This document shows positions 1 to 9,885 of a DNA stretch of 64,000 nucleotides, in pieces (positions within the stretch are counted from its first letter, which is position 1; each line of letters starts with the position of its first letter). The translations under genes and the position numbers were made by a program. This stretch comes from Candidatus Zixiibacteriota bacterium (lineage in GTDB: Bacteria; Zixibacteria; MSB-5A5; UM-FILTER-46-8), in the NCBI GenBank assembly GCA_014730175.1, contig WJIR01000026.1, forward strand, positions 1,027 through 65,026, in the 5' to 3' direction. The notes beneath the pieces were generated by a model that saw only the letters and a list, made by a program, of their open reading frames with translations, was not told the origin of the DNA and did not search any database.

Positions 1-686
1 TTGGCTACATGGGGCAACCTCACCTGATTACCCGCTTTATGGCTATCAAAAATCCCAACGAGTTAAAGAAGGGAACCGTTATTGCTATAACATGGGCGCT
101 GCTGGCGTTTTTTGGGGCGGTTTTTGTCGGCATTACCGGACTGTCGATGTTCGGTAGTGATTTCTTCGCCGATACCGAGAAAGTGATGCCGGTTATGGCG
201 ACCACATTGATGCCGGCATGGATAGCGGGTATTATGATTTCCGGCGCTATCGCCGCTATGATGTCCACCGCTGATTCTCAGCTTCTGGTAACCACCTCGG
301 CGATATCCGAGGATATCTATCATCAGATGATGAATAAAAAAGCTGACCAGAAAACGTTGGTGATACTCTCGCGCTTAGCCGCCATAGCGGTGGGCGTAAT
401 AGCGTTCATCCTGGCGATAACCGCCGAGCAACTGGTGTACTGGCTGGTGCTGTACGCCTGGGCGGGACTGGGTGCATCTTTCGGGCCTTCGTTATTGCTG
501 ACTCTGTGGTGGAAAAAAGTCACCAGGCAGGGAGTACTTGCCGGTATGATAGTCGGCACCGTGACCGTGCTGGTTTGGTATAATGTCCCCGTATTAAAGA
601 ATTTTATCTACGAACTAATCCCGGGCTTCTTCCTCTCGCTGATAGCGGTGTGGGCGGTGAGTTTGGGGACGCAGAAAAGATATTAG
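1..686 (+). CDS. Sodium:solute symporter (SSS family), C-terminal part; 5' end lies outside the window
   Basis: ORF runs to the window edge. It is a multi-TM hydrophobic protein with the PHLITRFMAIKNP motif typical of PutP/PanF-like SSS transporters. Confidence 0.75.
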   Translation, partial: GYMGQPHLITRFMAIKNPNELKKGTVIAITWALLAFFGAVFVGITGLSMFGSDFFADTEKVMPVMATTLMPAWIAGIMISGAIAAMMSTADSQLLVTTSAISEDIYHQMMNKKADQKTLVILSRLAAIAVGVIAFILAITAEQLVYWLVLYAWAGLGASFGPSLLLTLWWKKVTRQGVLAGMIVGTVTVLVWYNVPVLKNFIYELIPGFFLSLIAVWAVSLGTQKRY

Positions 687-702
687 CTTGTGTTGATATC
701 CT

Positions 703-1404
703 TCATTTAAAAATGATAGGATTAAAAACAGTATCTATATCCATATAATCCACCTGTTCCAGATTCTTAAGCTTATTCACCACCATATAAGTCAGCGGGG
801 TGGCGGCGGCTTCGTAAGCTACTTTGAATCCCCATTGCGACAGAATTGATATGCCGATTGCATTCAGCGGGAAGATACCGTAAAAGGCTATCATGATAAA
901 TATCGCCGAGTCGGCTCCCTGCCCGACGACTGTGGAACCGATTGTTCGCAGCCAGAGAAAACGTCCCTTAGTTTTTATCTTCAGCTTGGCGAGAACGTAG
1001 GAATTAATGAACTCCCCGAATAGGTAGGCGATAAAGGATGCGACTAACAGCCGAGGCGTGAATCCCAATATCGCCTGGTAGGCATCATGTGCCGATGATG
1101 GGTTATCAAACACCCCCGCTCGCCAGAATTCCGCCGCCGGCAGCATCCCCGCTATCCATATCGCTATAACTGCCAGGAGATTGCAGAAGAATCCGAGCCA
1201 TATCACCTGCCGCGCCCGGGCGTATCCGTATACTTCGGTGAGGACGTCGCCGAAAATATAGGTGATCGGAAATAGGATTACTCCGGCAGGAAGTATCATT
1301 TTCCATACGCTGATCATTTTAACCGCTATGATATTGGAGATTATCAGCGATGTTATAAAAACGCCGGCAATGACTGTCAACCAACGGAATCCTTGCTGCT
1401 GCAT
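703..1404 (-). CDS. yhhQ: Queuosine precursor transporter, YhhQ/Vut (DUF165) family
   Basis: 233-aa polytopic membrane protein. Length and motifs (ITYIFGDVLTEVYGY, GQGADS) match the YhhQ family. It sits directly downstream of queF. Confidence 0.8.
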   Translation of the reverse strand: MQQQGFRWLTVIAGVFITSLIISNIIAVKMISVWKMILPAGVILFPITYIFGDVLTEVYGYARARQVIWLGFFCNLLAVIAIWIAGMLPAAEFWRAGVFDNPSSAHDAYQAILGFTPRLLVASFIAYLFGEFINSYVLAKLKIKTKGRFLWLRTIGSTVVGQGADSAIFIMIAFYGIFPLNAIGISILSQWGFKVAYEAAATPLTYMVVNKLKNLEQVDYMDIDTVFNPIIFK

Positions 1405-1412
1405 AGCTTAAT

Positions 1413-1838
1413 CTAAAAGAATTCCGGCACGGCGTCCGGGGTTTTGGTGTGCTCGGTTTCCACGGTTATCCCCAATCCCCCCCGGGCATTGAATACGCCG
1501 ATTACCTTACACCAATGGGGGTCGAGCGCCTTTACAAGGTCATCGAGTATTTTGTTGACCACTTCTTCGTGGAATATCCCCTGATTGCGATAACTCCAGT
1601 AATAGAGCTTCAGAGATTTCGATTCCACGACCTTCTCATCCGGAACATACTCCACTGTTATGTCGGCGAAATCGGGCTGACCGGTCACCGGACAAAGGCA
1701 GGTGAATTCGTCAGTTTCGATGGTAATAACATAATAACGATCCCGGTACTCATTGGGGAATGCTTCAAGCTTCTTCGAAGGTTTTGCCGGTTTGCCGAGT
1801 ATGGTTAACTCGTCGAGATTACTTTTTTTCTTATTCAT
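1413..1838 (-). CDS. queF: NADPH-dependent 7-cyano-7-deazaguanine reductase QueF (type I)
   Basis: 141 aa with the EFTCLCPVTGQPDFA QueF signature, including the catalytic Cys. Confidence 0.9.
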   Translation of the reverse strand: MNKKKSNLDELTILGKPAKPSKKLEAFPNEYRDRYYVITIETDEFTCLCPVTGQPDFADITVEYVPDEKVVESKSLKLYYWSYRNQGIFHEEVVNKILDDLVKALDPHWCKVIGVFNARGGLGITVETEHTKTPDAVPEFF

Positions 1839-1991
1839 ATTAACACCCGAGAAATTATTGTCTGTCGGGCAATTATAATTTGGATTATGGTTGTATGCAA
1901 TTAGATAAAAATAAAATTAGATAAAAAGGAGTATCGCGGTCATAGAAGATTCGATCTGCGTGAGAGAAGCAGTCAGGATATTAATTAAATT

Positions 1992-2016
1992 AGTCCGAAC
2001 CGCAGGGGTTCGGACT
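1992..2016 (-). terminator. Perfect 10-bp stem-loop (AGTCCGAACC-gcagg-GGTTCGGACT); probable terminator of the minus-strand aminopeptidase transcript
   Basis: Inverted repeat seen directly in the sequence, with A/T-rich flanks. It lies 3' of the 2021-2251 and 2430-3533 minus-strand ORFs. Confidence 0.5.
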
Positions 2017-2020
2017 TAAA

Positions 2021-2251
2021 TTACTTAATAAGTAAATATTCTTTCTTGAGGATCTTATTTACAACCTTGATGAATTTCTCAGGATGTAAATCCTGCAAGC
2101 TGTACAGATGCCAGCAAACTTTGGGCGGCATCTTAAAATTCGGCTTTTGCTTTTTAGGCGCCATTTCAACCCCCATTCCTTTGTTGCGATTTACTACTAC
2201 CGAATGTGAAGTAATCGCAATGGGTATGCCGGTTGGAGGAATATTACGCAA
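2021..2251 (-). CDS. Hypothetical small Lys-rich protein (TTG start; first in-frame ATG gives about 51 aa)
   Basis: ORF lies between the upstream gene and the hairpin terminator. I recognise no homology. Confidence 0.2.
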   Translation of the reverse strand: MRNIPPTGIPIAITSHSVVVNRNKGMGVEMAPKKQKPNFKMPPKVCWHLYSLQDLHPEKFIKVVNKILKKEYLLIK

Positions 2252-2429
2252 CGACTGCTAATCTGCCGTATTACAGTGAGTTACAGGCGCCGTTTTGGCT
2301 GGGCAATTATGAATCGTTCTGCAATATGCAAAATATTATCGGAACACACCCATAATATGATTGTTATTGCAGGTTATTATCACCGGTTTATTGAGATAAG
2401 AATGAAACGATTGTTCAGAAACTGAACAT

Positions 2430-3533
2430 CTAAATCAAGAACTTGCCGTTTTTGTGGATCAGCTTACTATCGGCGTATACTTCTCCACCATCGCGAAGGT
2501 CGCATATCATGTCCCAGTGCAGAGCCGATTGATTCTTCGAACCGGTCTCCGGGTATGCTGCGCCTAATGCTATGTGGCAGGTGCCGCCGATTTTCTCGTC
2601 AAAAAGGATATTCTTGGTATGTTCCTGGATACCGTAGTTGGTGCCGATTGCCAGCTCGCCTATGAAACGAGCGCCTTCATCCATTTTGATCATGGAATTG
2701 AGGAATTTCTCGCCTTTGGCGGCTTTAGCTTTAACCACTTTGCCTTCCTTGAACTCGAGGTACACATCTTCAACTTCCCTGCCCTTAAATATAGCCGGGA
2801 ATGTATAGCGAATATGACCGTTAGCGGAGTTTTCTATCGGACCGGTGAATACCTCGCCATCGGGGAAGTTGTTATCGCCGTCGCAGTTGATCCATTTTCG
2901 TCCCTTCGTACCGATCGTGAGATCGGTATCTTTGGCAACAATACGAATCTCTTTTTTCCGGTTAAGGAACTTAACAATTTTAGCTTGCTCTTTGGATATC
3001 TTTTTCCACTCAGCGATCGGATCCCTCTTGTGCAACAGGCAGGCATTATAAACGAAATCCTCGTATTCGCTCAGGGACATACTGGCATCCTGGGCGCCTG
3101 CATGAGTTGGGAAAAGTGTGGCAACCCATTTCAGTTCGCCCTTGGAGGAACGTTCCATGAATGTTTTCTGAATTTCTCTGCTCGCAGATTGCTGGATCGC
3201 TTGCCGCTTGGTATCGACATTGGTCAGTTGCCGCGTGTTGAACGGAGCTCGTATCCCGACCAGGCAATCGATTTTTTCTATCTCTAATTTCGGAATGGGG
3301 GATATATATTCCAACTGGAACTTCTTAGCTTCCTTCAGCATGATTTCCTGAACACCTTCAGTGCCCATTTTCACATAGGGATGACAACCCTTCTTAAGCG
3401 CTTCGCGGAACACCTCCAGCATCAACGGTTTTGCTAATTCGGTACCGTTTATGAGGAAAAGATCATTCTTTTTCGCTCTGCAGCAATAGTTCACCAGTAC
3501 TCCAGCCAGTTTCGTCACTCTCGGATCAGCCAT
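2430..3533 (-). CDS. Aminopeptidase, peptidase family M29 (AmpS/PepS-like)
   Basis: 367-aa protein whose overall similarity pattern matches thermophilic metalloaminopeptidase M29 (GELAIGTN, HIALG motifs). Confidence 0.8.
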   Translation of the reverse strand: MADPRVTKLAGVLVNYCCRAKKNDLFLINGTELAKPLMLEVFREALKKGCHPYVKMGTEGVQEIMLKEAKKFQLEYISPIPKLEIEKIDCLVGIRAPFNTRQLTNVDTKRQAIQQSASREIQKTFMERSSKGELKWVATLFPTHAGAQDASMSLSEYEDFVYNACLLHKRDPIAEWKKISKEQAKIVKFLNRKKEIRIVAKDTDLTIGTKGRKWINCDGDNNFPDGEVFTGPIENSANGHIRYTFPAIFKGREVEDVYLEFKEGKVVKAKAAKGEKFLNSMIKMDEGARFIGELAIGTNYGIQEHTKNILFDEKIGGTCHIALGAAYPETGSKNQSALHWDMICDLRDGGEVYADSKLIHKNGKFLI

Positions 3534-3774
3534 ATAACCTCCGGTAAATCAAAAAATCAACGTATTCAAACTTGATTGGAGATTAACCAAAAAGGGCTGT
3601 TAATGCAAAGGTAATTTTTCTAAAGCAAATCTGAACCATAATTGCACAATCCACCATACCGCCGGAAAAGCAATTAATCTCGATTGCTGAATGTCGATTA
3701 GTGTATTGATAGTAAGATTCGGAGAGCGGAATTCATTTAAAAAATAAACCTATCTTTGAGACGGAAAGAGCGCC

Positions 3775-6129
3775 ATGTTATTATTCCCGGGCTTCACCAG
3801 GTTGAAAAAAGAGGGATTCGAAAACCTGAACTCATTTTGCAGTGCGTTCAGCAGGAATTTTGAGAGAGAATTCGGTAAGCGGAGTAAGTTTGAATTACTT
3901 GCGCTTTTCCTTATACCGTATCTCTTTGTCTGCTCATTATGTATTGTGCCATATATGTTTCTGGATTTTAGACCTTTAATAGGCAAGGTTCTTTCCGGGG
4001 TGAACAGTATTCTTCCCTTTGAAATCACCATTCTCCACCTAAGAATTGCGTTGCCGTTCTTGCTGTTGCTGCCAGGATTGATCATCCTACGTTTATTTCG
4101 AAAGCAGCTGGAAAAGCAAAAAGAGATCGAGGATAGCTTTTTGAAATCGCAAGCGATCATTAGAGCGATACCTGATATGATTTTTCAGCTAAACGAACGG
4201 GGCGATTTCCTGAGTTATAAAGGAGCCCTCCAAGATCTTTATGAAGCGCCGGAGTTCTTCATCGAGCGTAATGTCAAGGATGTTTTGCCCCCCAATGTAG
4301 CTGACACCACGTTGAAAAATATCAACAAAACTCTTAGCTCCGGCGAAATGGTCAAATACGATTACCAGCTAAGGATCAGGAACAAGCCCCGTTTCTTCGA
4401 ATGTAGATTGGTTCCGATTAAAAAGAATAATGTATTAGGAATCGTCAGGAATATCACGGAACAAAAACGAGCCGAGGCAGCAATCACGTGGGAAAAAGAA
4501 CGATTGGCGGTTACATTACAGGCTATCGGCGACGGTGTTATCAGCGCCGATACAAAGGGTGACATTATTCTTCTAAATCGTATGGCTGAAGAGATAACCG
4601 AATGGACCGAGGAGGAAGCAATCGGGCGACCTATTAATCAGGTTATTTCCATAATAGATACCGAATCCCAGAAGATAATCAATGATCCCGCCACTTTGAT
4701 TAGTTATCACGATGAAAACAAGAACATGAAAAGTCATACCGTACTGATGACCAAGAATAACAACGAGAAGTATATCGACCTAAACTGTGCGCTTATGTAT
4801 CGGATGAACGGCGAATTGGTCGGCATCGTTATGGTTTTCAGAGATGTGACTGAAACCATGAAGATGCAGGAATCACTGGTGCGCGCCCAGAAGTTAGAAA
4901 CAGCCGGACGGCTGGCGGGCGAAATCGCACATGATTTTAACAATCTCCTTGGTCCTCTCGTTGCATATCCCGATTTCATCAGAAGTAAACTTTCCAAGGA
5001 TCATCCTGTATTGAAATATCTACAAACAATGGAGCAATCGGCTATGCAGATGGCAGAGATCAACCAGGAGCTTCTTACATTAGCGAGGCGAGGGCATTAT
5101 TGTCAGGAACCGTTCGATCTCAACGGAATCATCGCGCAGATAATCGAAAATGTCAATCCGCTTCCCGGCGACATCACCATCGAGACCAGCTTAGCTTCCA
5201 ATCTCGACAAAGTTAAAGGCGGTACTTCTCAGATATCCCGAGTGATATTAAACGTTATAAAAAACGCTATCGATGCAATGGAAACCAACGGCGGAAAACT
5301 AACTATCAAAACCGAGAACTTCGATGTGAATGAAATTTGGCACAAGTATCGGAAAGTGCCGGAAGGCGAGTATGTAAAGCTGACAGTGAGTGATACCGGT
5401 TGCGGAATCCCTAAGAAGCTGCAGCGAGAGATTTTCGAGCCATTTTTCACCACCAAAACAGCGGATGGATTAAGAGGTACCGGACTTGGATTAAGCGTGG
5501 TTTACAATGTAATCGAGGATCATAACGCCTTTCTGGATTTCAGTAGCCAAACGGATGAGGGCACGTCTTTCTATTTATACTTCCAACCCACTAAAGAACG
5601 AGTGGGATGCGATGTGGAGAAAAAGGAGATCGCCGGCGGTAGTGAGAAGATACTGGTAGTCGATGACAATCCAATTCAGCGAGCCATAATTGTAGAGACA
5701 CTGAGTCAATATGGATACCAATTAATCTCAGTCGATGATCCGGATAAAGCGTTGGAATTACTTGTAGGTGATCGCTTCGATTTATTGATTTTGGATATGC
5801 GCATAGATCCGGAAATGGATGGAACCGAGATTTTTAGAAAGTCTTTGGAGTTCAATCCGCAACAGAGGGCTATCATACTCTCCGGTTATGCCGATTCGGA
5901 CAGGATGAGAGAAGCTTTCCAATTAGGGACAATGGAGTATCTAAAAAAGCCCTTCACTGTTAAATCCATCCTGGAGGCTGTCAGGAATGCTCTCGATAAT
6001 ACCTATCGGGACGAGCGGATAAGCGATGAAAATGATTCTGATTCCGATTTACCCACTATTTCGGGTGCGCCTAACAATCGTCTGAACTCATTGCAGATTG
6101 CCTCCACCGCTGTAGATAACGAGGAATAA
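3775..6129 (+). CDS. Hybrid sensor histidine kinase / response regulator (TM-PAS-HisKA-HATPase-REC)
   Basis: N-terminal TM helices and PAS-like repeats are followed by an H-box (HDFNNLLGPL) and a G2 box (GTGLGLS). The C-terminus is a receiver domain (ILVVDDNP ... LLILDMRIDPEMDG). Confidence 0.85.
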   Translation: MLLFPGFTRLKKEGFENLNSFCSAFSRNFEREFGKRSKFELLALFLIPYLFVCSLCIVPYMFLDFRPLIGKVLSGVNSILPFEITILHLRIALPFLLLLPGLIILRLFRKQLEKQKEIEDSFLKSQAIIRAIPDMIFQLNERGDFLSYKGALQDLYEAPEFFIERNVKDVLPPNVADTTLKNINKTLSSGEMVKYDYQLRIRNKPRFFECRLVPIKKNNVLGIVRNITEQKRAEAAITWEKERLAVTLQAIGDGVISADTKGDIILLNRMAEEITEWTEEEAIGRPINQVISIIDTESQKIINDPATLISYHDENKNMKSHTVLMTKNNNEKYIDLNCALMYRMNGELVGIVMVFRDVTETMKMQESLVRAQKLETAGRLAGEIAHDFNNLLGPLVAYPDFIRSKLSKDHPVLKYLQTMEQSAMQMAEINQELLTLARRGHYCQEPFDLNGIIAQIIENVNPLPGDITIETSLASNLDKVKGGTSQISRVILNVIKNAIDAMETNGGKLTIKTENFDVNEIWHKYRKVPEGEYVKLTVSDTGCGIPKKLQREIFEPFFTTKTADGLRGTGLGLSVVYNVIEDHNAFLDFSSQTDEGTSFYLYFQPTKERVGCDVEKKEIAGGSEKILVVDDNPIQRAIIVETLSQYGYQLISVDDPDKALELLVGDRFDLLILDMRIDPEMDGTEIFRKSLEFNPQQRAIILSGYADSDRMREAFQLGTMEYLKKPFTVKSILEAVRNALDNTYRDERISDENDSDSDLPTISGAPNNRLNSLQIASTAVDNEE

Positions 6130-6256
6130 CGCCTGCCCGGTAATTAGTTGGTTCTATCCGCTTATTAACTAATTGTTGCATTGACCAATTTCTTCTAATA
6201 AGTTAACTGCTTGAATCCTAAACCCATCTCCCAAGTGAAAACAGGAGTTTCCCTGA

Positions 6257-7441
6257 ATGATAACAATCTGGATTGCTTTTATTGTCTCATTGAGCGGTAT
6301 ACTTATTCTGTCACGCAGAAGCCTTCCTCTGGCATTGATTAGCGGAGCGCTTTTTCTCGGCTTTGCAACCTTGCCTTTCAATCAGTCTGTAAACCTTATA
6401 TTCAAAACAATAATCGATCCTTCAACGCTGTTTCTAGTGTTGGCAATGGGTATTATCCCGCTGGTGGGGGGCGTGATGAAAAAGGGAGGGCAGATCGATA
6501 AACTGGTTAACAACATCCGGGTTAGTCAGAGATACCTGCTTCCGATATCAACCGCCCTGATGGGTTTTCTGCCGATGCCCGGAGGCGCTTTACTGTCGGC
6601 GCCGATACTGGAAAAGGGCGGCGCCGGTGTGGACAATCATCTTAAAGCCGCGATTAATAACTGGTTCCGGCACCTCATAATATTCGTTTATCCACTTAGC
6701 TCCGCTCTTATCGTGTCCGCCGAGATCGCTCGATTGGATGTCTATCGTGCAATACTTTACTTGCTTCCCGCACTCCTGATAGCTTTTATCTTAGGATATG
6801 TTTTTTTCCTCAGGAAGGTGCCGAAACAATACATGTATCACGACAGCTTTTCACCGATCGGTTTGCTGGTTCCGCTGTTAATTATTCTGGCTGCGCCGGC
6901 GATCGATTTCACCTTGAAAAAGGCTGCGGGCTTTGGTAATTCCGCAACCTTGATAGCGGTTTCCATCAGCTTGGGACTTTCTATTATCCTGAGCGAACGG
7001 AGGGTCCATCTTGGTGGCATTATAAAATCGATGAAACCTTGGAATTTCGCTCTTATCATTTTCGGCATGTTTCTCTATATGAATGTATTTCAGGAATCCG
7101 GTATAAGCGAGTTGATAAAATCCATTCCGCTTCCGCCTTTGATCCTGTCGATTACCGCCGGTTTTGTTCTGGGAATCGCTACCGGGAGAGTACACCTACC
7201 CGCCTCCATTATTCTACCGGTATATCTGGCTTCGGTAAATGATATCACTCCAATCGCCTTTGTACTGATTTATGTGGCGATCTTCTTCGGCTATGTAACA
7301 TCGCCGGTACATCCCTGCCTGGTCGTAACCTGTCAATATTTCAATGTCTCTATCAGAGCAATGTTGAGGAAGTTAGCTGCGCCGACTATAGTGATATTAG
7401 CGATAGTATATACACTATCTCTTATCATTAGCGTCACATAA
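6257..7441 (+). CDS. Polytopic membrane protein, DUF401-like putative transporter
   Basis: 394 aa with about 10 predicted TM segments and a good RBS (AGGAG). The family assignment is tentative. Confidence 0.55.
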   Translation: MITIWIAFIVSLSGILILSRRSLPLALISGALFLGFATLPFNQSVNLIFKTIIDPSTLFLVLAMGIIPLVGGVMKKGGQIDKLVNNIRVSQRYLLPISTALMGFLPMPGGALLSAPILEKGGAGVDNHLKAAINNWFRHLIIFVYPLSSALIVSAEIARLDVYRAILYLLPALLIAFILGYVFFLRKVPKQYMYHDSFSPIGLLVPLLIILAAPAIDFTLKKAAGFGNSATLIAVSISLGLSIILSERRVHLGGIIKSMKPWNFALIIFGMFLYMNVFQESGISELIKSIPLPPLILSITAGFVLGIATGRVHLPASIILPVYLASVNDITPIAFVLIYVAIFFGYVTSPVHPCLVVTCQYFNVSIRAMLRKLAAPTIVILAIVYTLSLIISVT

Positions 7442-7530
7442 ATTAGATAAGGCATAAGCGGCTCCGGGCTCGATGTCATGCTGTTGTTCCCGACAAATCC
7501 AGGCAATCCGTCTCGGAAAGATACTTTCTT

Positions 7531-8427
7531 CTACAGCGCGTACGACAGAATATAGCCAACACCCAAAAAAAGCTGAGTCGTTAACACAGTTGCAACATTA
7601 GCCCCTTGAGCCGGTATCAGCTCCCTGAATGAGCCGTAGGTTAACGAACCGGATACCGCCTTGAGTCCGAAAGGGAGGCTCAGGAGCGCTAATAATCCCC
7701 ATACAGGTATAATATCGCTAATGACTCCGATTAATACCCATACATAAGTGAGAATAATCACAGTCGAATAAATGAACGCAGCTTTTCTATGTCCGAGAAT
7801 TATTGGAATCGTTCGGCGATTACCCGCCCGATCTGCTTCGGCATCGGGGAATTCATTCAGCAGGAGGAGATTGAAAACGAGAAAACCGGAGGGAACCGAA
7901 GCGTACAATGCTTCCCAGGCAAATCCGCCATTCAGTATATAAAAAGTACCGAATACAGGAAGCGTTCCCAGACCCAATCCAGCGGATATTTCCGCGATGC
8001 CACCTCCTAATTTTGTTATATGGCTGGTATACCAGAGTACGAAAATAGCGCCGATAATAAACAACGGCAGCAACGACCAACCTCTGGTTATTATAAAATA
8101 CACACCTATCGGAACCGCCAGTATGAAGGAGCCGATACCCAGGGCATAAGCTGACTTGGCGCTTAATGCGCCCGACGTCAGAAAACCCGATCCGCCCGAA
8201 AACGGGGTGCGTTCGGTTTTGAAATCGATTCCTGTTTTGTGGTCGCTATAATCATTTAATGTATTAACACTTGTGTGCAGCAATATCAGTCCGATAGTCA
8301 GCAGGACAAAATGCAGCAGGTCGAAAGCGCCGTTAGTTAAGGCTATAGCCATTCCGAGGAAGACCAGTATCGGCGATAGCAAGAGAAATTGTGGACGGGT
8401 TTCTAAAAACAAGAATTTAATACTCAT
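7531..8427 (-). CDS. UbiA-family prenyltransferase (MenA-like 1,4-dihydroxy-2-naphthoate polyprenyltransferase candidate)
   Basis: 298-aa membrane protein with an NDYSDHKTGID Asp-rich motif and a second DAEADR motif, as in UbiA/MenA enzymes. Confidence 0.7.
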   Translation of the reverse strand: MSIKFLFLETRPQFLLLSPILVFLGMAIALTNGAFDLLHFVLLTIGLILLHTSVNTLNDYSDHKTGIDFKTERTPFSGGSGFLTSGALSAKSAYALGIGSFILAVPIGVYFIITRGWSLLPLFIIGAIFVLWYTSHITKLGGGIAEISAGLGLGTLPVFGTFYILNGGFAWEALYASVPSGFLVFNLLLLNEFPDAEADRAGNRRTIPIILGHRKAAFIYSTVIILTYVWVLIGVISDIIPVWGLLALLSLPFGLKAVSGSLTYGSFRELIPAQGANVATVLTTQLFLGVGYILSYAL

Positions 8428-8500
8428 AATTTTCTCCTATTAGATTATAGGATTCAATATCTAATTGTCTGGAGATAAAGTCAACAACTCTTAACCCATA

Positions 8501-8656
8501 TCATTCATAAAAGCCAGTAAACCGTAGTCGAAGGCCTGTCCTTCGGGGAGTTTACAACAATAAACAATTTACAAATTGCAATTTGGAGTTTAGAAAAGAG
8601 CCGGAAGCGCAAGGCTTCCGCTACCGATTGGGAAATATATGAATAATCCAGGTTAT
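8501..8656 (+). repeat. Intergenic structured repeat, copy A (about 88% identical to 59181-59332)
   Basis: Direct alignment to copy B over about 150 bp. It contains the hairpins CGAAGG-cctgt-CCTTCG and CGGAAGC-gcaag-GCTTCCG. Confidence 0.65.
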
Positions 8657-8972
8657 AAGATTATCCGGACCGAGAGCGCAGCAAAATGTGATGCAAAAAG
8701 ATGGTTATATCTATTCTATTGTATTTCAATTAGATAAAGAGGTATTGTAACAAACAAACTCTAAATTCCTACAAGTTACAATACGGAAACGAGAAAAGAA
8801 CCAAAAACGATCAACAAGTTAACTGGTTAAATTGTAACGGATTACGATGCCTTTTTTATGAAATGGTTTTAAGTTCTGGGATTGTGAATTATTGCACCAA
8901 ATTATGGATATCAGTTAATTGCTTATCGCTCAATGTGTTGATATTCCGTTAGAAAAAAATTAGAATTGCGCT

Positions 8973-9001
8973 TGACATAATTTCGCCTGAACTCTACAAT
9001 A
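8973..9001 (+). promoter_or_regulatory. Near-consensus sigma70 promoter (TTGACA-N17-TACAAT) for thyX-nrdJ
   Basis: Hexamers and spacer read directly from the sequence. The -10 lies about 95 nt upstream of the thyX ATG at 9097. Confidence 0.55.
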
Positions 9002-9096
9002 CAAACCGCTCTGTGGCTGGAGAAAAAAGCTACATACAAACTTCGGAAAAATGGGCTTGTTATAATAGAGGTATAATTCGCTCGAAAGGAAATCTT

Positions 9097-9792
9097 ATGG
9101 ATGTTGAGTTAATGGCGATTACGCCCAATGGTGAAGATGTTATTGAAAAAGCCTGTAGAACTTGCTATCTCAGTTTCCACAGGTATAAGCCACCGGATTC
9201 AACATGGGATTTGATCCGGAAAGTGATACGTAAGGGGCACCATTCAGTGCTTGAACATGCCGCAGCCACTTTCAGGATTAAAGGCGGAAGCCGGGTTTTC
9301 ACCCACGAAATGGTCAGGCATCGTTTTGCATCGCCTTCTCAGGAAAGCCAAAGGTATGTTTGTTATGCAGACAAACCGAACCGTAAAAAGACCAAGGATT
9401 ACAACTGTATCATTCCCGATACCGTTAAAAACTCGTCGTTGGATGGAAACGGCGCCAGCGCATCCGAGAAGTTTTCGCGAATTATGCAGGATTGTTATGA
9501 GCTATATGAGCAGATGCTTCAGGCGGGAGTACCGCCCGAAGATGCCCGTTACATACTTCCCGGCGGCACCGAATCGGAGATAGTTATCACAGCCAATTTC
9601 CGGGAGTTACGTCATATTTTCATATTAAGATGTAATCCGAGGGCTCATTGGGAGATTCGAAGGATTTGTTTGAAGATGTTGGAAATTATGAAAAGGGAGG
9701 CGCCTATCGTATTTGCTGATTTTGAGATAGACCGGGAGACGGAGTCGGCACACCTGATTCAGGAAGAGCAGGAAGAGAAGGTAGAAGTATAA
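9097..9792 (+). CDS. thyX: FAD-dependent thymidylate synthase ThyX
   Basis: RHRFASPSQESQRY matches the ThyX RHR...S...R motif. Start chosen at the ATG at 9097 with an AAAGGA RBS; the 9013 ORF start adds a non-conserved extension. Confidence 0.9.
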   Translation: MDVELMAITPNGEDVIEKACRTCYLSFHRYKPPDSTWDLIRKVIRKGHHSVLEHAAATFRIKGGSRVFTHEMVRHRFASPSQESQRYVCYADKPNRKKTKDYNCIIPDTVKNSSLDGNGASASEKFSRIMQDCYELYEQMLQAGVPPEDARYILPGGTESEIVITANFRELRHIFILRCNPRAHWEIRRICLKMLEIMKREAPIVFADFEIDRETESAHLIQEEQEEKVEV

Positions 9793-9885
9793 AGCGGAGT
9801 ATGCAGGGAGATTTAATTAGGTTTTTTAGTTAGGGTATTCGATGAACAATACTCTAAGAATTTTATTTCGGAAGAGGGAGGAATA

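Noticed and set aside
1449-1808. 119-aa plus-strand ORF overlapping queF in antisense
   Set aside because: It is entirely inside the well-supported queF CDS on the opposite strand, and no motif is recognisable.
1839-1990. Possible preQ1 riboswitch in the queF leader
   Set aside because: Only a weak 5-bp stem (CCCGA...TCGGG) with no A-rich 3' tail or pseudoknot partner, so it does not fit the preQ1-I/II/III consensus.
2574-3287. 237-aa plus-strand ORF
   Set aside because: Antisense to the M29 aminopeptidase CDS and of low-complexity composition; spurious.
9013-9096. N-terminal extension of thyX from the ORF-track start
   Set aside because: No RBS at 9013. The ATG at 9097 has an AAAGGA RBS and matches the ThyX N-terminus, and the extension overlaps the promoter region.
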